Assembly (NCBI GenBank): GCA_963833985.1
Contig: CAWIAD010000001.1
Span: 448,001 to 512,000, forward strand
Origin: an uncultured Planctomycetaceae bacterium
Lineage (GTDB): Bacteria; Planctomycetota; Planctomycetia; Isosphaerales; Isosphaeraceae
Length of the DNA: 64,000 nt
Reading direction: 5' to 3'
The notes under the pieces are model-generated. The model saw only the letters and a list, made by a program, of their open reading frames with translations, ran no database searches and was not told the origin of the DNA. Below, piece by piece: positions 43,603 to 53,361 of the stretch. The translations under genes and the position numbers were made by a program. The first letter of the stretch is position 1. Every line of letters starts with the position of its first letter.

Positions 43603-45045
43603 GTCCAGATGTTCTTGCGTGGGCACGCGGCCGTGTTTTTGAGCCTTTTCGTAGGCCGCTTGCCGACGTCGGTTCGCCACCTCCGGAGGCACTCGCAAGG
43701 CGATCAACCGACATCCCAGACGCTCCGCCGCGCCCACCGCGATCGACACGTCGACCGGCATGCCGGCGGGTTGCCGTCGGAGAAACGCCAGCATCTCCCA
43801 TCGCCGCCCCTCCGCGTCGAAAACGGCCGTGCCGTGTTGCCAACGCGAAATCCAATAAGCTCCTTGCGACCGATGGATCGGAACCGCTCCAGGCAAAAGT
43901 ATCCCAGGTCGCGGAGCGTCAGCGATCCGGAGGCCACTGGTGCGTCCACGTCCACGCTCGTGGCGTCGCTGTGACGACCGGGATGGACCTCCAACTCCTC
44001 CAACTGACCGCGGCGCAGTTCCCACGCCACCTGAATTTTCACCGCTGCCTTACCACTGCCCGTTTTGCCACCGCAGCCGGGAAATTCCGCCTCGAATTCG
44101 TCGGGCAAGGTCACCGTGGTGCTGTCGGCGATCACGACGGCGGTGAACTTGTCCAGCAGCGCCACGCCGGCCGCCGACGCCTCCACGACGGACTCCAACA
44201 CGTGTTCCAAACCCGCGCGCAAGTGCGCGACGAGCTTCTCCGAGAACCGCTTTTCGATCGCCTCGGCAGTCACGTTCACACCCAGCAGTGCCGCCGTCGC
44301 GACGAAGTCGTTGGTATGGGGGCGAGGCGTCTTCATCACAGTCAGAACCATGGTCTTGAGCAGCGACGCGCCCGAGAATTTTCGTTGCCGCCGGATCACG
44401 CCCGTCGCACGACCGATCTCGTCGAGTTTCGAACCCAAGCTCGATTGCAACAACACGGCCACCTTGTTTATGATCCCCAACGGAAGCTCCTTCTTCCAGG
44501 ACGCGCTTGCTCGATACAACGCGAACTGGATTAAGGATTTCCTTTCTTTTTTTCTAGGCCAAATTCCTTAAGTTGGACGCTATGGGGTCAGCGCAGCGCA
44601 ACCCACCGGCTGGCAGGGCCTTGCGTGCGCCGAACCGCACACGCCATACGACGTCCTGGGACGATGCCCTTCGTACTGTGCTTTTTGATTCTGCCCAGCC
44701 GGTGCCACGGCAGCGAGCCGTGATCGCCCTGGTTAAATCCATGCAATCGATCCGATCGCGCTCAGTGTCAGGCTCAAACTCGTTGACCGCCAGCGGGGCA
44801 CGCCGTGGGGGATTGTGCGGATGGGCTCTCCGGATAAGTCACCTCACCGCTGACATCTCGTGAGATCCAGCGCAAATCCCGGCGAGGAGCCATCTGAAGC
44901 CCTGTCACTCTCGTCCGGGAATCGCTGCGGCCCGCCTGCTCGGCCCGCCTGCCCGACGCACGGGCTAGTCTAGCCGCCTCGCACGGCCTGTGCGAGAATG
45001 GTGATGTGTTGACTTCGGCAACCAGCCCTTCGAGCTGAGCGTGTC

Positions 45046-45780
45046 ATGAGCACTCCGGTCATTCCCACGCGGCCCGAGATCTACTATCCCGATCAAGACG
45101 GCCGGCCCTTGTCCGAGAACACGCTCCAGTTCAAATGGATCGTCACGATCAAGGAGGGGCTCGAAGCGCTCTTCCGCAACGACCCGAACGTCTTCGTGGC
45201 CGGCGATTTGCTCTGGTATGCCGTGGAGGGGAAGCCGAAGGTTCGCACAGCGCCCGATGCCATGATTGTATTCGGCCGGCCCAAGGGCTACCGCGGCTCC
45301 TACAAGCAATGGGTCGAAGAGGGCATCCCGCCCCAGGTTGTCTTCGAGATCCACTCGCCGGGCAACCGAGCCCGCGAGACGATCCGCAAGTTCCGCTTCT
45401 ACGAGCATTACGGCGTCGAAGAGTATTACTACTACAACCCCGAGATCGGCGACCTTTCCGGCTGGCTGCGCTCCGGGGCCCGATTGCGGGCCATCGACCA
45501 GACCGACGGTTTCACGAGTCCTCGACTCCAGGTGCGTTTCGAGCCCGGCGCAGGCCCCGACTCGTTGAACATCATCGCACCCGACGGCCAGCGCTTCCTC
45601 ACTTATGTTGAGCTTGTCGAGCGCTGGGAGGCCGAACGCCAGCGCGCCGAGACCGAGTCGGAACGCGCCGAATTCGAACGTCAGCGCGCCGAGGTCGAAC
45701 GTCAGCGCGCTGAATTCGAACGTCAGCGCGCCGAGCGTCTGGCGGCGCGGCTGCGCGAGCTCGGTGAGGACATCGACTGA
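45046..45780 (+). CDS. Uma2 family (PD-(D/E)XK) endonuclease with heptad-repeat coiled tail
   Basis: YPDQDGRPLSENTLQFKWI, APDAMIVFGRPKG, VFEIHSP, YGVEEYY, tail (RQRAExE)n RLAARLRELG. Confidence 0.9.
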   Translation: MSTPVIPTRPEIYYPDQDGRPLSENTLQFKWIVTIKEGLEALFRNDPNVFVAGDLLWYAVEGKPKVRTAPDAMIVFGRPKGYRGSYKQWVEEGIPPQVVFEIHSPGNRARETIRKFRFYEHYGVEEYYYYNPEIGDLSGWLRSGARLRAIDQTDGFTSPRLQVRFEPGAGPDSLNIIAPDGQRFLTYVELVERWEAERQRAETESERAEFERQRAEVERQRAEFERQRAERLAARLRELGEDID

Positions 45781-45900
45781 TCGCCGCTCGCGCCGGCGGC
45801 CTCATGGGATGGGTCCGGGGCCCCGGCGCGGGATTGCGGGGCAGGGCGGCGTCTGAGACACTGGCTGCGCCTGCGGAACACCGCGATGGGGCCCCCTGGC

Positions 45901-47040
45901 ATGGCGAAGAAGCAGAACCCTGCGACAGGTGAGAGACCGCTCCCCGCTGGTCCGGCCGACACCCTGCGCCCCTCCGCGGAGGTGCTCTATGCCGACGAGC
46001 TGCACGCCCTGGCGGAGGCCGACACGGCTCCAAGACCGCCGGGGTGGAAGCTCTCGCCGCGCGCGGTGCGGTCGTTCCTCTGCGGCGCCGCGAGGCCGCC
46101 GATCCCCCGCAAGTTCTACGGCGACGATGCCATGGTGGAGCGTGCCATCGTCAGCCTGAGCAGCAATCGCGGCCTCATGCTCGTGGGCGAGCCGGGAACG
46201 GCCAAGTCGATGCTCTCGGAGCTGCTCGCCGCGGCCATCTCCGGCACGTCGATCCACACCATCCAGGGGACCGCGGGAACCACGGAAGACCATATCAAGT
46301 ACTCGTGGAACTATGCGCTGCTGCTCGCCGAGGGGCCGTCGCTCCGCGCCCTGGTCGCCTCGCCCCTCTACGTTGCCATGCGTGACGGCCTGGTGGTGCG
46401 GTTCGAGGAAATCACCCGCTGCCCGCCGGAGATCCAGGATACGCTCGTGAGCATTCTCTCCGAGAAAGTCATGATCGTTCCCGAGCTCGACGGGGCGGAC
46501 CGCGTACTCGCCGCGCGGCCGGGCTTCAACGTCATTGGCACCGCCAACACCCGTGACCGGGGCGTGCACGAGATGTCCAGCGCCTTGAAGCGGCGGTTCA
46601 ACTTCGAGACCGTGCAGCCGATCCGTGAGCTGAAGCAGGAAGTGGAGCTGGTCACGCGCGAGTGCGATCGCCTGCTCCGGGAAGCCTCGGCGCCCGTCGA
46701 CGTCCGGCCGGACGTCGTGGAGCTGCTGGTCTCGGTCTTTCAGGATCTGCGGGACGGCGTCTCGCGTGAGGGGATCCAGGTTGAGCGGCCCAGCACCGTG
46801 ATGTCCACGGCGGAGGCCGTCTCCGTGGGCATGTCGGCCGGGCTCGACGCGCATTACTTCGACGACGGCACGCTGGCGCCACGCCACGTCGTCCGCCATA
46901 TCTCGGGCGCAGTGCTCAAGGACAATCCCGATGACCTCAAGAAGCTCAAACACTACTTCGACGTGGTGATCAAGCAGCGCAGCCAGAAGGAGGGGGGGCT
47001 TTGGACGGAGATGCTCGACGCGCGCAAGAGCCTTCCCTGA
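45901..47040 (+). CDS. MoxR-type AAA+ ATPase (YehL-like)
   Basis: Walker A GEPGTAKS, Walker B VRFEEITR, TANTRDRGVHEMSSALKRRFNF. Confidence 0.9.
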   Translation: MAKKQNPATGERPLPAGPADTLRPSAEVLYADELHALAEADTAPRPPGWKLSPRAVRSFLCGAARPPIPRKFYGDDAMVERAIVSLSSNRGLMLVGEPGTAKSMLSELLAAAISGTSIHTIQGTAGTTEDHIKYSWNYALLLAEGPSLRALVASPLYVAMRDGLVVRFEEITRCPPEIQDTLVSILSEKVMIVPELDGADRVLAARPGFNVIGTANTRDRGVHEMSSALKRRFNFETVQPIRELKQEVELVTRECDRLLREASAPVDVRPDVVELLVSVFQDLRDGVSREGIQVERPSTVMSTAEAVSVGMSAGLDAHYFDDGTLAPRHVVRHISGAVLKDNPDDLKKLKHYFDVVIKQRSQKEGGLWTEMLDARKSLP

Positions 47041-49414
47041 TCCCGCCCTGGAGCCTGGACGGCCGGGTGGTCTACCTGCCCGTCCGCCACCACAGCCCGG
47101 CCTGCGCCTGGCACGTCGATCGCCTGATCCATGATCTGCGGCCCGATGCCGTGCTCATCGAGGGCCCGCGCGACGCCTCGCGGCTGATCCCGTTGCTGAC
47201 GCACCCCGGGACGGCGCAGCCGGTGGCCATCTACACCACCTACGTGCAGCGCAGCCCTGTGGCGCAGGCGCCGGAGGATGAGCCCTTGCCGCTCGAGCCC
47301 ACCCGCCATGCCGCGTACTACCCGCTCTGCGATTATTCCCCCGAGCTGGCCGCGATCCGCGCGGCTGCCCGCGTGGGAGCCAGAGCGCGGTTCATCGATC
47401 TGACCTTCCCCGAGATGGTCGAGTGCGGCCGCACCGCCAGGGTCCTGGGCCAGCCGCGCAGCCTGCTGGAGGAATCACACCTGGCGCACAGCGCCATCCT
47501 CCGGGAGACCTGCCGGCGCGTCGGCGCACGCGACCTGGACGATCTCTGGGACCAGCTCTTCGAGCTCGATCAAGAGCACCGCGAGACCGAGCGTTTCTTC
47601 CGGGACGTGCACGGCTACTGTGCTCTCGCTCGCCGCGATTACACGCCCGAGATGCTGGTTGCCGATGGCTCCGCCCCCCGCGAGGCGGCCATGGCGGCCG
47701 CCGTGGCCGAGGAGTCCGGGAAGGTCGTGGTGGTGACGGGCGGATTCCACACCGTGGCCTTGCCGGGCGCTTTACCCGCCATGCCGCCACCGGTACCGGT
47801 CGGCCCCGCGGACGCTCTGGTGAGCCTCATGCGCTACGGGTTCGAGCAGCTCGACCGGCTCAACGGGTACGCCAGCGGCATGCCGGCCCCAGCCTTCTAT
47901 CAGCGCGTCTGGGAGGAAAAGCCGCTCACCGACCTGCTCGTGGAACTGGCACGCGAGGCCCGGAAGCGAAACATGGCCGTCTCCGTGGCCGATGAGATCG
48001 CGGCGCTGGAGCAGGTGCGCAGGCTGGCCCTGCTGCGCGGGCACGGCCGGCCGTCACGCGAGGACCTGCTCGACGGCATCCGCTCCGTCTATGTCAAGGG
48101 GTCGCAGGACATGGAGGGCGTGCCGATCCTGGCACTGGCCCGCAAGCTGCTGGCCGGCGATCGGGTGGGGAACCTGCCTCCCGAGGCCGGCGTGCCTCCA
48201 CTGGTCGAAGACTTCCGCCGGACGGCGGCCGCGCTCAAGGTCGAGCTCGACCGGATCGACGTGCGCGAGGTCTCACTGGACCTTTACCGCAGCGTCCGGG
48301 CCCGCCAGCTCAGCCGGTTCTTCCACCGCTTGCGGTTCCTGAGCGTTCCGTTCGCCCAGTGGGTGGCCGGGCCCGACTATGTGTCGGGACAGAAGCTGGA
48401 ACGCATCCACGAAGCCTGGAAATACCGCTGGTCGCCCGCCGCCGAATCCACGCTCATCGAGCGCTCCGTGTACGGATCGACGCTCGAGGAAGCGGCCACG
48501 GGCCTGATCCAGGAACAGTTCGCCCGGGCCGAGGAGACCGGAGCGGGCCGCCGCGCCGACGCGGGCGCACGGCTGCTGCTGGAAGCCTGCCGGATGGGAT
48601 TGCATCGCCACACCCCCAGCTTGCTCGAACGCACTTCCCGGCTCGTGGCCGAGGACGGGTCTTTCCTCTCGCTCGTCCGTACGATCGAGCAGCTCCTGGT
48701 TCTGCATGTCTCGCGTGAGCCGCTGGAGGCGCACCACCTCGCCGGGCTGGCCGCCGTGTCCGACGCCGCCTATGCGCGGGCCTGCTACCTGCTACCCGCC
48801 CTGGCCGCGTTGCCGGAGTCTGAAGAGAAACCGGTACTCGACGCGCTCAACGGCCTGCGGCAGGCGGCCATGACGCTGGGCGACGGCAGCGACCGGCAGG
48901 CATTGCGGCACGGTGGTCTGAACGAGCTGATCGCGGCCACGAACTGCCCGCCCGTGCTGCGCGGCGCGGCCTCGGGCATGCTCTTCGGTGATGGGGCGCT
49001 GGACGCCCAGACCCTGGCTGCTCGTTGCGAGGGACATCTCCACGCCGCGGGAGAACGCGAGCACGAGGGGGCGGCATTCCTCCGCGGCCTGCTGCACTCG
49101 GCGCGCAGTGTCCTGTGGCTGGTTCCCGAGATCGTTCACGGCGTCCACGGAGTCCTGCGGAACTGGGACGAAGATCGCTTCGTGGCCGCGCTGCCCGAGC
49201 TGCGGCTGGCCTTCGCCGATCTGACGCCCCGCGAGTGCGACCAGGTGGCACGCACCGTCACGCAGATCGCCGGCGCGCCGGAGCGGCCGGTCTCTTGACG
49301 GCTCCGGAGCTCGGCGGATTCCATGAGCAGGACTTGCTGCGGGGCGTGGCCGTGAACCGGCAGGTGGTCGAACTGCTGCGCCGCGACGGCCTGGAGGACG
49401 GCCATGGCGGATGA
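47001..49414 (+). CDS. DUF5682 / YehM-like protein, frameshift near 49295, start uncertain
   Basis: PVRHHSPACA, VLIEGP, YSPELAA, FIDL, REAAMA, VVTGGFH, GYASGMPAP, LPELRLAF. Confidence 0.8.
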
Positions 49415-50616
49415 CCTGGACCGGATGGCCTTGCTGCGCTGGCGCCTGGTCCTCGGCAAGTTCGCTGAGCAGGCGCTGGGAGCACCGGGTGGACCGGGAG
49501 GCGCGGAGCGGCTCGGGTTCCGGTGGCCCCGATCCCGCAAGCCCCGGCGCCGGCGGCGGCCGGCCGGTGCGCTACGACCGCATGGACCGGGCACTCGACT
49601 TCCTCTATGGCCGCGAGTACGGCAACCGCGGCGTGCGGCAGAGCCGGCCCCAGGACCGCACCGGAACGCCCGGCGCCAGCCTGCTCACCATCCCCGACTG
49701 GCTCCGTCACGTCCGCGAACTCTTCCCGCGCGAGACCGTGGAGGTCTTGGAGCGCCATGCGCTGGACCGCTACGGCATGACCGAGCTGGTGACCGACGCC
49801 GACGTGCTCCGGAAGCTCGAGCCCAGCTACGAACTGCTCAAGGCCGTGCTCTCGTTCCGCAACCTGATGACGCCCCAGGTGCTCGACGTGGCGCGATCGC
49901 TCGTCCGGCAGGTCGTGGAGGACCTCAAGAAGAAGCTGGCGCGCGAGGTCCGCCAGGTGCTCTGGGGCCGGGTGAACCGCCAGCGCCGCAGCCCACTGAA
50001 GATCGCCCGCAACCTCGACTGGAAGCGGACCATCCGCTCCAACCTGAAGCACTATGACCGCGAGCGGAAGCGGCTGGTCCTGCAATCGCTCTCGTTCTTC
50101 TCGCGCGTGGAACATCACCTCCCCTGGCACATCATCATGGCCGTCGATTGCAGCGGATCGATGCTGGACTCGGTGATCCACAGCGCCGTGATGGCGGGCA
50201 TCTTCAAGGGCTTGCCGGCCGTCCGGGTCAGTCTGATCGCCTTCGACACCGCGGTCGTGGACCTGACCGAGCACGCGGACGACCCCACCGAGGTGCTCAT
50301 GAGCGTTCAGCTTGGCGGCGGGACCGACATCGCCAGGGCCGTGGGCTACTGCGAAAGCCTCGTGCAGTCTCCCACCCGGACCATCGTGGTCGTCGTGACC
50401 GATTTCTTCGAGGGCACGGCGCCGGGGCTCTTGCCGGCCGCCATCAAGCGGCTGCGCGAGGCCGGAGTGCGTGTGCTCGGCCTGGCGGCGCTCGACGCCA
50501 GCGCCCACCCCACGTACGATCGCCAGATGGCCGAGCGCTGCGTCGCCGCGGGCGCCGAGGTGGCGGCGCTCACTCCCCGGAGACTGGCCGAATGGATGGC
50601 CCGGGTCCTTTCCTGA
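49404..50616 (+). CDS. VWA (CoxE-like) domain protein, YehP-like, frameshift near 49530
   Basis: RWRLVLG N-terminus, MIDAS DCSGSM, FDTAVVDLT, VQLGGGTDI, TDFFEG. Confidence 0.85.
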
Positions 50617-52721
50617 AGCAGCTCCGCGCCGTCCTGGCCGCGTTCGACGACGACGCCCTGGCCGGCCTGTCGAACAAGGGCCTGGTGCGACGTGCGCAAG
50701 GACCTCGAGACCAACCCGCCAAGGATCCTCGACTCCGCCAGCTCAGAGGAGCAGCTCCGCGTGCAGGTCGCCGAAGCCATGGTCGAGCTCGTCGTGCCGC
50801 CGGTTCAGTCTCGTTGCGACTGCCCGGCAAGCGGCATTTGCCGTCATATCCTGACGGCCTTGATCTTCGTCAAGGAGAGCGCCGACTCGTCGGACAGGCC
50901 GGCGGCCGGCGAGCCAGAACCTGAGCCCACCGCACCGGCCGCTGATGCGGTCGCCGAGGTCCTGGCACTCGACGACGAGGCCATCGCCCGCTGGGCCGGC
51001 AAGGCGCTGGTGGCGCGGGTGCGGAAGGCGCTCGCCCTTGGTCTGCCCGTGGAGTTCGAGCCCGTCGGCCGCCTGGTCGCGCGCTTGCCCACGCGGAACG
51101 CCATCTGCCGATGGATGCCCGGCTGCGGCGCGGCAGGCATGGTGTGCTCGTGCCACGAGCCGCGCGTCTGCGAGCATCGCGTGGCCGCCGTGCTCGCCTT
51201 CCAGACGGCGCGCGGAGTGCGCGCGCGGGAGGAAGCCGAGGCGTACTCGACCACGGAATCCACAGGCGCTCCCCGGACGCGTGAGGAGGTCCTGGCGTCG
51301 CTGGGTACCGTCCTGGCGGAGACCATTTCCATCGGCCTTTGCCGGCTCTCGAACGCCACGGCCGGGCGGATGCGGACGCTCGCGGTCTCGGCGCACGGAG
51401 CGGAGCTGCCCAGGCTCGAACGCCTGCTCGGCGGGCTGGCGAGCGAGATCGAGCTGGCGCTGGCTCGCGACGCCCGGGCCGACTCCGCCAGCCTGCTGGC
51501 CCAGGCGGCGCGCGCCGAGGCGTTGCGTCAGGGGCTGTCGCGCCGGCCCGCTCCGCACCTCATCGGCCAGCACAAAACCGCCTACGAGCCCGTCGGCAAC
51601 CTCGAGCTGGTGGGCGCAGGGGCACGCGCCTGGCGCTCGCAGAGCGGCTTCATGGGCCTGACCTTATACTTCTGGGATCGCTCGGCCAACGGCTGGGCCA
51701 CCTGGACCGATGCGCGGCCCGCGGGGACGCCCGGCTTCAATCCGGCCGCGCGCTTCCTCGTGGAAGGCCCCTGGTCGGGGCTCGGGTCTCCCGCCCAGGC
51801 CGCCGTCAGCGCGTTTCGCCTGCTGAGCGCCCTGCGCAATGGTCAGGGACGACTCTCCGGCCGGCCGTCCACCCGAGTCCTCGCGGTAGGTCCGGCCGAA
51901 CCGGGCCACCTGCCCGCGGGAGTTGAAAGCTGGGACGTCGTCGCGGACCGGGCGCGCCAGCTCTTCGGCGGCGGCGTTTCCGAGCCCACCGAGCAGGACG
52001 CGGTCGTCTTGCTGGCTCCGGCACGATGGGGCCCGGCGTACTTCGATGAGGTGCGCCACGAGGGCTTACGCCTCGTCCAGGACGCAGCGGGCCGCCCCCT
52101 GCCGCTGATCGTCCCCTATCAGGCCGAAACCCGGCAGGCCGTGGAAACCTTGCTGGCGCACGACCCTTCGGCCACCCGCGCGGTGCTCGGCTTGGTTCGC
52201 CTGGAATCAGGCCGGCTGAACATCGAGCCGATCACGCTGCACACCGACAACGGCCCGATCCATCTCACGCTCCAGCGTGACGCGGCCCTCCCTGCCGGCC
52301 TGACCGATGCCCTGCCGGCCCGCCAACCCGGGCGCCGGATGACGAGCCGGAAGCGGATCCCCGTGCCGAGCTGCAACCGTCAGGGTCGGCCCTGGGTCAA
52401 TTCTTGAACCTGCTGGCAGCGCAGTTGCTGGCCGTCGCCGAGGGAGGTCTGGCCGCCTTCCGGGCCGTTTCCGAGCTCCGCGCCCTGGGCCTCCGCGCTG
52501 AAGCGCTCGGCCTGGCCCGTTGCGGCACGGCCGTGCAGCGTGTCGCCGCCCATCTGGAAGCCCAGCGCAGGGGTGAGCTGCCCGACCCGCTGGCGGCAGC
52601 CCGCGATCTCCTGATCGCCTATCACGTCGTTCGTTTATGCCTGATCCAGGAGTCGATCGCCGTGGCGACGGCCGGTCTCGCCGCCTCGCACCGTACGCCT
52701 CCCAACTCCACTGGCGATTGA
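50592..52721 (+). CDS. SWIM zinc-finger protein, YehQ-like, frameshifts near 50693 and ~52340
   Basis: LAGLSNKGLVRRA, then CDCPASGICRHI and CSCHEPRVCEHR (two CxC-x4-CxH motifs). Three consecutive ORFs. Confidence 0.75.
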
Positions 52722-52756
52722 AGCTCGACAACTGGCCTTGCCTGAACGGGTGTTAG

Positions 52757-53125
52757 TCAATCCGAAGAAAGAGAATGGTTGCACAGAGGATCACGACGCA
52801 AACGGCAAACGCAAAGGATCGAAAGAGACCTCCGCCAGGGCATCCCGAGCGCAAGCGCCGTGAGCCCCAGGACGGTGGCCGGAGTAAAGAAAAAGAACGG
52901 AGCTAAATGATACTTACCCGCTGCGGATAACCAGATGAGAGAGTAACCCAGTATCAGGGCCATCACCCCCTGGATGACGGCTTTCCGCGCCCGGTGACCG
53001 GTCTTGTCTCCGCGTCTCCAGCGGAGACCGTTGGCGATGCCGGTCCAGCCAAGCCAGGCGCCCACGCCCGCCGCTCCGAAGATGTACAGCGTCATCAGCA
53101 GAAGCACCCACACGGGCGGAAACAT
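52757..53125 (-). CDS. Small hypothetical membrane protein (3 TM)
   Basis: Hydrophobic ORF from ATG 53125, lower GC than its neighbours. Confidence 0.45.
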   Translation of the reverse strand: MFPPVWVLLLMTLYIFGAAGVGAWLGWTGIANGLRWRRGDKTGHRARKAVIQGVMALILGYSLIWLSAAGKYHLAPFFFFTPATVLGLTALALGMPWRRSLSILCVCRLRRDPLCNHSLSSD

Positions 53126-53175
53126 CGGTGATCCTGTGGTTCCCACGGATTCTCGCTTCTCCTGGTGTCGCGGGT

Positions 53176-53293
53176 TGAGACCGGGGGGCAGGCATTCCTG
53201 CCTGCTGGAGTAGGCAAGCCCTGGCAGACAGGAATGTCTGCCCCCCTTCCAAGTATCAGAAACTGCCTGCAACGCGTCAGAAAACCGCCCTCA
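53176..53293. repeat. Second (inverted) copy of the 23803-23920 REP-doublet element
   Basis: Reverse complement reads AGGGCGGTTTTCTGACGCGTTGCAGGCAGTTTCTGATACTTGGAAGGGGGGCAGACATTCCTGTCTGCC...GGCAGGAATGCCTGCCCCCCGGTCTCA. Confidence 0.8.
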
Positions 53294-53361
53294 GCGCCGC
53301 TCAGGCATGATCGCTGCGCGATGTTTCGTTCTCGAGCGCAATAATATGTTTCCACCGCGGC

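Larger units (their letters stand above)
40900..44480 (-). pseudogene. IS4-family DDE transposase disrupted by a nested IS (plus a frameshift near 43865)
   Basis: IADSTTVTLP, LRDLGYF and the YREK motif LYRTRWQIELLFKLWKS. Removing 41359-43608 restores ...TQEHLD|LCDWTIFLTN. Confidence 0.9.
40887..44584 (-). mobile_element. IS4-family insertion sequence (IS231/IS186-like ends), ~1.45 kb once the nested IS is removed
   Basis: Perfect 20-bp TIR CATAGCGTCCAACTTAAGGA at 40887-40906 and inverted at 44565-44584. The transposase stop codon lies inside the TIR. Confidence 0.9.
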
